A stretch of 37,865 bases of DNA, from positions 1 through 37,865 of the forward strand of contig DASUAS010000282.1 of NCBI GenBank assembly GCA_035763625.1. Reading direction: 5' to 3'. Below, piece after piece: positions 20,013 to 27,414 of this stretch. Below the pieces are notes generated by a model. It was not told the DNA's origin and did not search any database. It saw only the letters and a program-made list of their open reading frames with translations. Source of the DNA: Acidimicrobiia bacterium (GTDB lineage: Bacteria > Actinomycetota > Acidimicrobiia > IMCC26256 > DASPTH01). The position numbers and the translations under genes are program-made. The stretch's first letter is position 1; each line of letters opens with the position of its first letter.

Positions 20013-21281
20013 ATGAGCGACTCGTTCGTCGTGCGCGCGTGCGGTCCGCTGCACGGCACCGTCCGCGTCTCCGGTGCGACGAAGAACGCGGGGACGAAGC
20101 AGATGGCGGCCGCGCTGCTCGCGCCCGGCGTCACGACGTTGCGCAACGTCGACCCCGTCGCCGACCTCGACGTGATGATCGACGTGCTGCGGGCCATCGG
20201 CGCGCACGTCGAGTGGACCGGCACGACCGAGCTGCAGATCGACGCGTCGGCACCGCTGCACGCGGAGGCGCCCTACGAGCTGGTGACTCGCATGCGGGCG
20301 TCGATCAACGTGCTCGGACCGCTCCTGGCGCGCTGCGGCGAAGCGCGGGTCGCGATGCCCGGCGGCGACAACATCGGGAGCCGCAAGCTCGACATGCACT
20401 TCCGCGGGCTCGCGGCCATGGGCGTCGAGCTCGACGTCGTGCACGGCTTCATCGAAGCCCGGACGAACCGGCTTTCCGGAGCCCGGGTGATGCTCGAGTT
20501 CCCGAGCGTGGGGGCCACCGAGAACCTGCTCACCGCCGCCGTGCTGGCCAAGGGCGAGACCGTGATCGAGAACGCGGCGCGCGAGCCCGAGCTCACCGAC
20601 CTCGCCGACATGCTCAACCGCATGGGTGCCGAGATCCACGGCGCGGGCACGTCGACGCTGGTGATCGAAGGCGTCGACGAGCTCGCACCGGTGGAGAGCG
20701 AGATCATGGCCGACCGCATCGAGACCGGCACGCTGCTCATGGCGGTCGGCATCACCGGCGGCGACGCCATGCTGCTCGGCGGCCGCATCGACCACGTCGA
20801 GACCGTCGTCATGAAGCTCGGCGAGATGGGATTGCAGGTCACGCCCACCCCCGACGGGCTCGAAGCGCGCGCCGACGAGCGGCTGCGCGCGATCGACATC
20901 GCCACGCTGCCGTTCCCCGGCTTCGCCACCGACTTCATGCCGCTCGCGGTCGCGCTGCTCGCAACCGCCGACGGCACGTCGATCGTCACCGAGAACGTGT
21001 TCGACAACCGCCTCGGCTTCGTCGCCGAGCTCAACCGCATGGGCGCCGACGTCCGTCACGAAGGGAGGCACGCGGTCGTGCGCGGCGTGCCGCGCCTGTC
21101 GGCCGCGCCCGTGCGCGCGCTCGACGTCCGCGCCGGTGCCGCGCTCGTGCTCGCGGGCTTGGCCGCCGACGGCGAGACCGTCGTGCTGGACCCGTTCCAC
21201 ATCGACCGCGGCTACTCCGACCTCGCGTCGTCGCTGCGCACCCTCGGCGCCGACGTCGAGCGCGTCCGCGACTGGCGCTGA
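20013..21281 (+). CDS. murA: UDP-N-acetylglucosamine 1-carboxyvinyltransferase
   Basis: 422 aa. The N-terminus aligns with the MurA pattern (VSGATKNAG). The active-site loop is [14 protein letters not shown]. Confidence 0.95.
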   Translation: MSDSFVVRACGPLHGTVRVSGATKNAGTKQMAAALLAPGVTTLRNVDPVADLDVMIDVLRAIGAHVEWTGTTELQIDASAPLHAEAPYELVTRMRASINVLGPLLARCGEARVAMPGGDNIGSRKLDMHFRGLAAMGVELDVVHGFIEARTNRLSGARVMLEFPSVGATENLLTAAVLAKGETVIENAAREPELTDLADMLNRMGAEIHGAGTSTLVIEGVDELAPVESEIMADRIETGTLLMAVGITGGDAMLLGGRIDHVETVVMKLGEMGLQVTPTPDGLEARADERLRAIDIATLPFPGFATDFMPLAVALLATADGTSIVTENVFDNRLGFVAELNRMGADVRHEGRHAVVRGVPRLSAAPVRALDVRAGAALVLAGLAADGETVVLDPFHIDRGYSDLASSLRTLGADVERVRDWR

Positions 21282-21381
21282 CGCTCCTGCTCGGTGGCCT
21301 TCCCTCGCGCCAAAGCTGCGCGAACTGGAACGGCAGCGTTCGAAATCGCCCCGTCACGACGCGGACTCGCGGGGACGGTCG

Positions 21382-21387
21382 TAGCCT
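21382..21387 (+). promoter_or_regulatory. -10-like hexamer TAGCCT, 6 nt before ATG 21394 (leaderless geometry)
   Basis: The sequence is GTCGTAGCCTgcgcccATGCC. Confidence 0.45.
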
Positions 21388-21393
21388 GCGCCC

Positions 21394-21624
21394 ATGCCCT
21401 GGGTCGTCGGCGCGTTGGGATCCCGCCCGGCCCGGTCGAAGGGCATCGGTCGACCGTCGGCCGGCGGGCGCGAACCCAAGGGCAAGCGCCACGCCGTCGA
21501 CACCGACACCGGGATGGTCGCGTGCGGCACGCCGGAGTCGCTGCGCATCTTCGACGACTGGCCGTGGGCGCCCGAAGACGACTACTGCCGCGCGTGCGAG
21601 CAAGTGGTGGGGGGCGCGTCGTAG
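21394..21624 (+). CDS. Small hypothetical protein (76 aa) with a basic N-terminus and a Cys-X20-CxxC C-terminus
   Basis: This frame has the best GC3 bias among the overlapping frames. The product ends ...MVACGTPESLRIFDDWPWAPEDDYCRACEQVVGGAS. Confidence 0.45.
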   Translation: MPWVVGALGSRPARSKGIGRPSAGGREPKGKRHAVDTDTGMVACGTPESLRIFDDWPWAPEDDYCRACEQVVGGAS

Positions 21625-21627
21625 CCT
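21622..21627 (+). promoter_or_regulatory. -10-like hexamer TAGCCT, 6 nt before ATG 21634 (leaderless geometry); its TAG is the stop codon of the preceding small ORF
   Basis: The sequence is GTCGTAGCCTgacgccATGCC. Confidence 0.45.
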
Positions 21628-21633
21628 GACGCC

Positions 21634-22107
21634 ATGCCGACCGACTCCGTGACCGTGCACGTCGACGCCCCGCCCGAGCAGGTCTGGACGCTGGTGAGCG
21701 ACGTCACCAACACCGGCCGCTTCAGCCCCGAGACGTTCGAGGCCGAGTGGATCGACGGCTCCACCGGGCCCGAGGTGGGCGCCCGCTTCCGCGGGCACGT
21801 GAAGCGCAACGGCCGCGGGCCGACCTACTGGACCAAGTGCACGGTGGTCGGCTGCGAGCCGGGACGCGAGTTCACCTTCGTGGTCGGCACGCCCGAGCGC
21901 CATCCGATGACCTGGGGGTACCGGTTCGCGGCGTCGGGCGACGGCACCGACGTCACGGAGTTCTACGACCTCGCCGAGAACCTGCCCCTCAAGGTCTACT
22001 GGTCGCTGTTCGGCAAGGCCCGGGGCCGCACCAACGCCCGCAACATGGCTGCCACCCTCGAGCGGATCAAGGTGGCGGCGGAGTCGGCCGACGGCGCGGG
22101 CGCCTGA
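21634..22107 (+). CDS. SRPBCC (START/polyketide-cyclase-like) family protein
   Basis: 157 aa. The N-terminus DSVTVHVDAPPEQVWTLVSDVTNTGRFSPE is the typical opening of the SRPBCC fold. Confidence 0.7.
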   Translation: MPTDSVTVHVDAPPEQVWTLVSDVTNTGRFSPETFEAEWIDGSTGPEVGARFRGHVKRNGRGPTYWTKCTVVGCEPGREFTFVVGTPERHPMTWGYRFAASGDGTDVTEFYDLAENLPLKVYWSLFGKARGRTNARNMAATLERIKVAAESADGAGA

Positions 22108-22183
22108 GCGAGTCGCTCGGAGACGGGAAGGCCTGCGAGACTGGTGGTGTTGCACGGGAGTACGCCCGCCACGGGAGGCCTGT

Positions 22184-22465
22184 ATGCCGATCGACACCGA
22201 ACTCGAACCCGCTGAGCTGGAAGGCCGCGTGCTCGAGGCGATCGAGCTCATCCGGCCCGCCCTCCAGAGCGACGGCGGCGACATCGTGTTCGAGCACCTC
22301 GACGGCGACGGCGTGGTCCACGTGAGCCTCGTCGGCGCCTGCGGCACCTGCCCGATCTCGATGCAGACGCTGAAGGCCGGGGTCGAGCGGATCATCATGG
22401 ACCGCGCGCCCGGGGTCACCGCCGTCGTCGACGACTCGATCGCCGACGAAGATCCCTTTCACTGA
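22184..22465 (+). CDS. NifU C-terminal-domain (Nfu-type) Fe-S cluster carrier protein
   Basis: 93 aa. GGGAGG sits 5 nt before the ATG. Motifs are LQSDGGDI and CGTCPIS. Confidence 0.8.
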   Translation: MPIDTELEPAELEGRVLEAIELIRPALQSDGGDIVFEHLDGDGVVHVSLVGACGTCPISMQTLKAGVERIIMDRAPGVTAVVDDSIADEDPFH

Positions 22466-22503
22466 CGTGCCCCCGTCGCTCGCCTCCGCTCGCTCCGTCC
22501 CAG

Positions 22504-22536
22504 CCAGCGAGCACGGGTGGAGCCCGCACTCGCTGG
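22504..22536 (+). terminator. Stem-loop (8 bp + 2x2 internal loop + 4 bp, 5-nt loop) between the nifU-like gene and meaB
   Basis: CCAGCGAGcaCGGGtggagCCCGcaCTCGCTGG. The 5' arm can alternatively pair with GCTCGCT at 22488-22494. Confidence 0.4.
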
Positions 22537-22567
22537 GGCGTGCAGACCTGCGCGACTGATCCAGGTC

Positions 22568-23533
22568 ATGACCGAGCGGCGGCCGACGACGGCGTTGGTC
22601 GACGCCGTCCGGCGTGGGGATCGTGGCGCGCTGGCGCGCCTCCTCTCGATCGTCGAGGCGGGCGGTGACGACGCCCGCGTCGCGCTGGCGGAGCTCCCGG
22701 TGACTGCCGCCGACGCGGCATGGACCATCGGCGTCACCGGCGCGCCGGGGGCGGGCAAGTCGACCCTCACCGCCGGGCTCGTGCGACACCTCCGCGCCCG
22801 GGGCGCGCGGATCGGCGTGCTCGCCGTCGATCCCAGCAGCCCGTTCACCGGTGGCGCGATCCTCGGCGACCGCGTGCGGATGCACGACCACACCACCGAC
22901 TCCGAAGTGTTCATCCGGTCCATGGCGACGCGCGGCCACCAGGGCGGCCTCGCCCTGGCCGTGCCCCAGGCGGTGCGGGTGCTCGCGGCCGCCGGCCACG
23001 ACTGGATCGTGGTCGAGACCGTCGGTGTCGGCCAGGTCGAGCTGGAGGTCGCCGGTACCGCGGACACGACCGTCGTCGTCGTGAACCCCGGGTGGGGTGA
23101 CGGCGTGCAGGCGGCGAAGGCGGGTCTGCTCGAGATCGGCGACGTGTTCGTCGTCAACAAGGCCGACCGCGACGGCGTCGCGGCCACGGTGAAGGACCTC
23201 CAGGGGATGGTCGACCTCGCCGGGGCGCGCCCGTGGCGACCACCGGTGCTCGAGACCGTGGCCACCACCGACCGTGGGGTCGACGCGCTGCTCGACGCCG
23301 TCGTCGCCCACCGGGCCTCCCTGGAGGGCTCGGACGAGCTCGTCGCCCGACGCGAACACCGCATAGCGGACGAAATCCGTGCGGTGGTGCTCGATCGTCT
23401 GATCGAGCGAGCCGATGGTCTCTGCAGCGGAACCCGCTTCGCTACGGTGGTCCGCGGCGTGGCCGAGGGAACCACAGATCCCGACACTGCGGCGACCCTG
23501 CTCATCCGGGGCGCTGACGGAGGAGAACCATGA
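22568..23533 (+). CDS. meaB: Methylmalonyl-CoA-mutase-associated G3E GTPase (MeaB/ArgK)
   Basis: Start set at ATG 22568 (MTERRPTT). Walker A is GAPGAGKST. Other blocks are ETVGVGQ and NKADR. Confidence 0.85.
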   Translation: MTERRPTTALVDAVRRGDRGALARLLSIVEAGGDDARVALAELPVTAADAAWTIGVTGAPGAGKSTLTAGLVRHLRARGARIGVLAVDPSSPFTGGAILGDRVRMHDHTTDSEVFIRSMATRGHQGGLALAVPQAVRVLAAAGHDWIVVETVGVGQVELEVAGTADTTVVVVNPGWGDGVQAAKAGLLEIGDVFVVNKADRDGVAATVKDLQGMVDLAGARPWRPPVLETVATTDRGVDALLDAVVAHRASLEGSDELVARREHRIADEIRAVVLDRLIERADGLCSGTRFATVVRGVAEGTTDPDTAATLLIRGADGGEP

Positions 23534-24396
23534 GCGAGTCCATCGAACGCGTCGGAGTGGTCGGCGCCGGGCTCATGGGCGCCGGGATCGCGGAGGTGGC
23601 GGCCAAGTCCGGCACCGACGTCACCATCTGCGACATCAACGATGCGGCGATTGCCGCCGGGCGGTCGCGCATCGAGACGTCGCTCCAGAAGGCGGTGAAG
23701 GCCGGGAAGCTCGACGACGCCGCGGCCATGGCCGCACTGGAGCGCATCCGCTTCGTCACCGACATCGGCGAGCTCGCCGACCGTCAGCTCGTGGTCGAGG
23801 CGGTGCGCGAGTACGAGGACGAGAAGCTCGAGGTCTTCCAGAACCTCGGCAAGCTGGTGATCGACGAGCAGGCGATCCTGGCGTCGAACACGTCGTCGAT
23901 CCCGATCATGAAGCTCGCGGTCGCCAGCGCGCGGCCCGAGCACGTGGTGGGCCTGCACTTCTTCAACCCGGTGCCGGTGATGCGCCTCGTGGAGCTCATC
24001 CCGTCGATCGTCACCAGCGCCGAAGTGGCCGACCGGGCCGAGGACTTCATGGTCGAGGGCCTGGGCAAGCGGGTGATCCGCTCCCAGGACCGCGCCGGGT
24101 TCATCGTCAACGCGCTGTTCGTGCCCTACGTGCTCGCGGCGATCCGCATGCTCGAGTCGGGCTTCGCCTCCGCCGACGACATCGACGCCGGCATGGTCGA
24201 GGGCTGCTCGCACCCGATGGGTCCGCTGGCGCTGGCCGACATGATCGGGCTCGACACCATCGAGGCGGTCGCCGACTCGATGTACACCGAGTTCAAGGAG
24301 CCCCTCTACGCGCCGCCGCCGCTGCTGTCGCGCATGGTCGAAGCCGGCCTGCTCGGCCGCAAGGTCGGCCGCGGGTTCTTCAACTACGCCAAGTAG
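23530..24396 (+). CDS. hbd: 3-hydroxybutyryl/3-hydroxyacyl-CoA dehydrogenase (NAD-dependent)
   Basis: 288 aa. The Rossmann motif is VGVVGAGLMGAGIA. Another block is HFFNPVPVMRLVE. ATGA overlap with meaB, preceded by GGAGGAG. Confidence 0.9.
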   Translation: MSESIERVGVVGAGLMGAGIAEVAAKSGTDVTICDINDAAIAAGRSRIETSLQKAVKAGKLDDAAAMAALERIRFVTDIGELADRQLVVEAVREYEDEKLEVFQNLGKLVIDEQAILASNTSSIPIMKLAVASARPEHVVGLHFFNPVPVMRLVELIPSIVTSAEVADRAEDFMVEGLGKRVIRSQDRAGFIVNALFVPYVLAAIRMLESGFASADDIDAGMVEGCSHPMGPLALADMIGLDTIEAVADSMYTEFKEPLYAPPPLLSRMVEAGLLGRKVGRGFFNYAK

Positions 24397-24423
24397 GCCC
24401 ACCGCGAACCGGGAGCAGGTGCC

Positions 24424-25203
24424 ATGTCCGACCCGTTGGTGCTCGTCGAGTCGCGTCCCGACGGCGTGACCCTGCTGCGACTCAACCGTCCGCCGCTCAA
24501 CCCGCTGTCGACCGCGCTGCTGCGCGAGCTGGAGGCGATCGCACGCGGCCTGGTCGACGACCCGTCGGTGAAGGCGGTGGTCGTCACCGGGAGCGAGAAG
24601 GCCTTCGCTGCCGGCGCTGACGTCTCCGAGTTCACTGCCGACGGCGCCGCGCAGGTGATCAGCGCCGGGATCCGGGCCGGCTTCGACGCGCTGGCCGCCA
24701 TCCCGCGGCCGGTGATCGCGGCGATCAACGGGTTCGCGCTCGGCGGCGGCCTCGAGCTCGCGCTGGCGTGCGACCTCCGGGTGGTGTCCGAGACGTCGCG
24801 GCTGGGGTTCCCCGAGATCCAGCTCGGCATCTTCCCCGGCGGTGGCGGCACGCAGCGCGCCGCCCGCCTGATCGGTCCGGCGAAGACCAAGGACCTCGTG
24901 TGGAGCGGGCGGCACGTGCGCGCCGACGAGGCGCTCGCGATCGGGCTCGCCGACCGCGTCGTCGGCGCCGACGCCGTCCTCGACACCGCGTTGGAGTGGG
25001 CGGCGTCGCTGGCGCCGGGCGCGGTCGTCGCCATGGGCCTGGCCAAGCGGGCCATCGACGGCGGGCTCGACGGGTCGCTCGCCGCGGGCCTCGACCTCGA
25101 GACCGCCGGCTTCGTCGAGGTCTTCGCCACCGACGACGCCCGCGTCGGCATCCGCAGCTTCCTCGACGACGGCCCCGGCAAGGCCACCTTCTCCGGCACG
25201 TAG
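24424..25203 (+). CDS. Enoyl-CoA hydratase (crotonase family)
   Basis: 259 aa. Blocks are GSEKAFAAGADV and AAINGFALGGGLELALACD. Confidence 0.9.
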   Translation: MSDPLVLVESRPDGVTLLRLNRPPLNPLSTALLRELEAIARGLVDDPSVKAVVVTGSEKAFAAGADVSEFTADGAAQVISAGIRAGFDALAAIPRPVIAAINGFALGGGLELALACDLRVVSETSRLGFPEIQLGIFPGGGGTQRAARLIGPAKTKDLVWSGRHVRADEALAIGLADRVVGADAVLDTALEWAASLAPGAVVAMGLAKRAIDGGLDGSLAAGLDLETAGFVEVFATDDARVGIRSFLDDGPGKATFSGT

Positions 25204-25223
25204 CACGAGGCTGCGTCACTCGA

Positions 25224-25238
25224 ACGTGCAGTGCACGT
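25224..25238. promoter_or_regulatory. 15-bp perfect palindrome ACGTGCA-G-TGCACGT (operator candidate)
   Basis: Read directly from the sequence. It lies 21 nt after the hydratase stop and 45 nt upstream of the -10-like TAGCGT of the next gene. Confidence 0.35.
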
Positions 25239-25282
25239 CGCAGTGCCGCAACCTGGCCGGTCCGCCGAGCTGACGTGCCCGG

Positions 25283-25288
25283 TAGCGT
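25283..25288 (+). promoter_or_regulatory. -10-like hexamer TAGCGT, 6 nt before ATG 25295 (leaderless geometry)
   Basis: The sequence is TAGCGTttggtgATG. Confidence 0.4.
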
Positions 25289-25294
25289 TTGGTG

Positions 25295-25885
25295 ATGAGG
25301 CCGGACGAGGTGATCGACGCGTGCCGGAGCGCGAACCGATCCTTCGTCGTGGCCGTCGCGCGGCTCTCCGATGACGAGCTCGCTTCGCCGAGCCTGCTTC
25401 CGGGCTGGTCGCGACGCCACGTCGTCGCCCACGTCATCAACAAGAACGAGGCGCACATCGGGCTCTTCGGAGGTCCGCTGGCCGGTGAAGTCCGTCGCCT
25501 CCATCCCGACGGCTACGACCCTGACGGTGCTGCCGACGCAGGTGCGATGCTCGTGACATCCGACCTACGCGCCGCGTTGGAGCGCTCCTTCGAGCAGCTC
25601 GAGGAGGCGTGGGATGCGCTCGATGACGACATGTGGAGCTCGCAAGGGATCATGACGGCTGGTCCGCGGACGATGCTCGAGATCGCGGGTCATCACCTGC
25701 GAAACGTGGAGGTGCACCACGTCGACCTCGACGTCGGCTTTCAGCCCTGCGACTGGTCCGATCGCTTCGTCGAAGCGGAGCTGGCCAAGCGGCTGCGGGC
25801 ACTGCCTGACCGCGCCGACCACGCTGACCTGTTGGCTTGGCTGCTCGGCCGAGCATCCGCACCTGATCTCACGAAGCCCTGGTAG
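25295..25885 (+). CDS. DinB-fold, mycothiol-dependent maleylpyruvate isomerase N-terminal-domain family protein
   Basis: LLPGWSRRHVVAHV and HHLRNVEVHHVDL are typical of this actinobacterial family. ATG 25295 is preferred over the ORF-track TTG 25289. Confidence 0.7.
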   Translation: MRPDEVIDACRSANRSFVVAVARLSDDELASPSLLPGWSRRHVVAHVINKNEAHIGLFGGPLAGEVRRLHPDGYDPDGAADAGAMLVTSDLRAALERSFEQLEEAWDALDDDMWSSQGIMTAGPRTMLEIAGHHLRNVEVHHVDLDVGFQPCDWSDRFVEAELAKRLRALPDRADHADLLAWLLGRASAPDLTKPW

Positions 25886-25992
25886 CCGGCCCGGCACTCG
25901 CAGTCACCCTCCATCTCCAGGCCAGCGTCACGAGGCAGCCCTGTCGTCGGCGCCCGCTGTCGACGACCGCCCGGGTCGGCCGAACGACGCGG

Positions 25993-26448
25993 TCAGGCCA
26001 TCGGGGCCGACTCGACCTTCGCCTTCAGGCGTCGGAGGTTGCCCTGCCAGATGCGGGTGAGGACGGGACGGCCCAGGCGCTCACCCACGACGCGGCCGAG
26101 CCACCACGGGAACGTGAGCGTCTCGTCCCAGCAGAAGTCGGTCTCCAACCCGTCCGCGACCGGGCGCAGGCGGAACTCGCCGACCCCGGTGACCGCGCCG
26201 CGGTGCTCGATGCCCATGGCCGCACCCGGGTCCCATCGGGTCACCACGAACCGGTCGGTGGTGTGCAGCGGTCCGATCCGGGTGAGGCAGTCGAACTCGG
26301 CGCCGACCCCCGCGTGCTGCTCGCCGCGGAACGTGATCCGCTCCGCATCGCCCATCCACTCGGTGTGGGTCTCGATGCGCTCGACCGCGTGCCACACCGC
26401 CTCGGGCGACGCCGCGATCGTCGTGCAGATGTGGATGGAGACGCTCAC
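25993..26448 (-). CDS. SRPBCC family protein
   Basis: 151 aa from GTG 26448 (VSVSIHICTTIAASPEAVWHAVERIE). GTGA overlap with the galT stop. Confidence 0.65.
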   Translation of the reverse strand: MSVSIHICTTIAASPEAVWHAVERIETHTEWMGDAERITFRGEQHAGVGAEFDCLTRIGPLHTTDRFVVTRWDPGAAMGIEHRGAVTGVGEFRLRPVADGLETDFCWDETLTFPWWLGRVVGERLGRPVLTRIWQGNLRRLKAKVESAPMA

Positions 26449-27347
26449 GGGACGCGCGCGCCCCGCAGCATCTCCGCGGCCTGCTCGGGCGGCACGGTGT
26501 TCACCAGGATGCCCGTCGCCAGCTCGAAGCCGGCCTGCACCGAGACCCGGGGCACGACCTCGACGTACCAGTGGAACGGCTCCGCGTCGCGCGACGCGGT
26601 GTGCACGACCACGTTGTAGGGCACGTCGCCAGCGAGCGCGTCGCGCAGACCCCGGAGCACGTCGCGCAGGGCGACGGCGATCCCGGCGATCACCTCGTCG
26701 TCGGCCAGGTCGAAGCGGGCGCCGGCGTCGTCGTGCGCGAGGCGAACCTGGTACGGCGCCGCCGAGGCCTGAGGGCACCACACCGTGACGCCACCGTCGC
26801 GCACGACGACCAGATCGTGGGGCTCGGCGTCGGCCCGGACGAGGTCGTCCCCCGCTTCCCGCGCCCGCGCCAGCGCGTCGGCGACAGCGGGGGGCACGAC
26901 GTCGAGCGCGAACACCTGCGCGTGCGGGTGCGCGATCGAGGCGCCCGCCGCGCGCAGGTGGTTCAGGATGGCGACGCTGTACACGTGTCCGTCGTCGAGA
27001 TGGGCGTGCACCCGGTCGCGCAGCACGCGTCCGACCGCGGTGACTTCGTCGTCGTCGAGGTCGGCGAACGACCGGTGGTCAGGCGAGAGGACCACCACCT
27101 CGTGGGTCTCGACGATGGGGTAGAGGTTCGGGAACGCCCGCACCTCCCAGCCCGGGCCGTCGGGATCACCGGCGCCGATGCGGGCGACCTCGGGCGGCGT
27201 GCGCGATTCTTCGCCGGGGCAGAACGGGCACGCGCCACCCCGGGCGGCCTGGTCGTCGGCGGTCGCGAACGTCGTCGGACGTGCCGCGCGCCCGGCGGCC
27301 ACGATCACGTCGCGTCCGCTCAGCGGGTCGTGGCGGAGCTGCGACAT
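26445..27347 (-). CDS. galT: Galactose-1-phosphate uridylyltransferase family (HIT branch III) nucleotidyltransferase
   Basis: 300 aa from ATG 27347 (MSQLRHDPLSGR). The Zn motif is CPFCPGEE and the catalytic motif is HPHAQ. Confidence 0.75.
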   Translation of the reverse strand: MSQLRHDPLSGRDVIVAAGRAARPTTFATADDQAARGGACPFCPGEESRTPPEVARIGAGDPDGPGWEVRAFPNLYPIVETHEVVVLSPDHRSFADLDDDEVTAVGRVLRDRVHAHLDDGHVYSVAILNHLRAAGASIAHPHAQVFALDVVPPAVADALARAREAGDDLVRADAEPHDLVVVRDGGVTVWCPQASAAPYQVRLAHDDAGARFDLADDEVIAGIAVALRDVLRGLRDALAGDVPYNVVVHTASRDAEPFHWYVEVVPRVSVQAGFELATGILVNTVPPEQAAEMLRGARVP

Positions 27348-27354
27348 CACGATC

Positions 27355-27360
27355 AGGTTA
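27355..27360 (-). promoter_or_regulatory. -10-like hexamer TAACCT, 7 nt before ATG 27347 (leaderless geometry)
   Basis: The minus strand reads TAACCTgatcgtgATG. Confidence 0.45.
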
Positions 27361-27400
27361 CGCGGGCGCCGCCGTGCCCGGACCGGCCGGATCGGGGTCG

Positions 27401-27406
27401 TAGCAT
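27401..27406 (+). promoter_or_regulatory. -10-like hexamer TAGCAT, 8 nt before GTG 27415 (leaderless geometry)
   Basis: The sequence is TAGCATcggcgtctGTG. Confidence 0.4.
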
Positions 27407-27414
27407 CGGCGTCT

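Noticed and set aside
22459-25206. 915-aa ORF on the minus strand
   Set aside because: It lies antisense to meaB, hbd and the enoyl-CoA hydratase gene. The composition (Arg/Ala/Gly/Pro) and the lack of any recognisable motif indicate a GC artefact.
25943-25967. GTCGTCG-N11-CGACGAC hairpin between the convergent DinB-like and SRPBCC genes as a terminator
   Set aside because: It has a 7-bp stem, an 11-nt loop and no U-tract, and competing pairings lie nearby. It is too weak to call.
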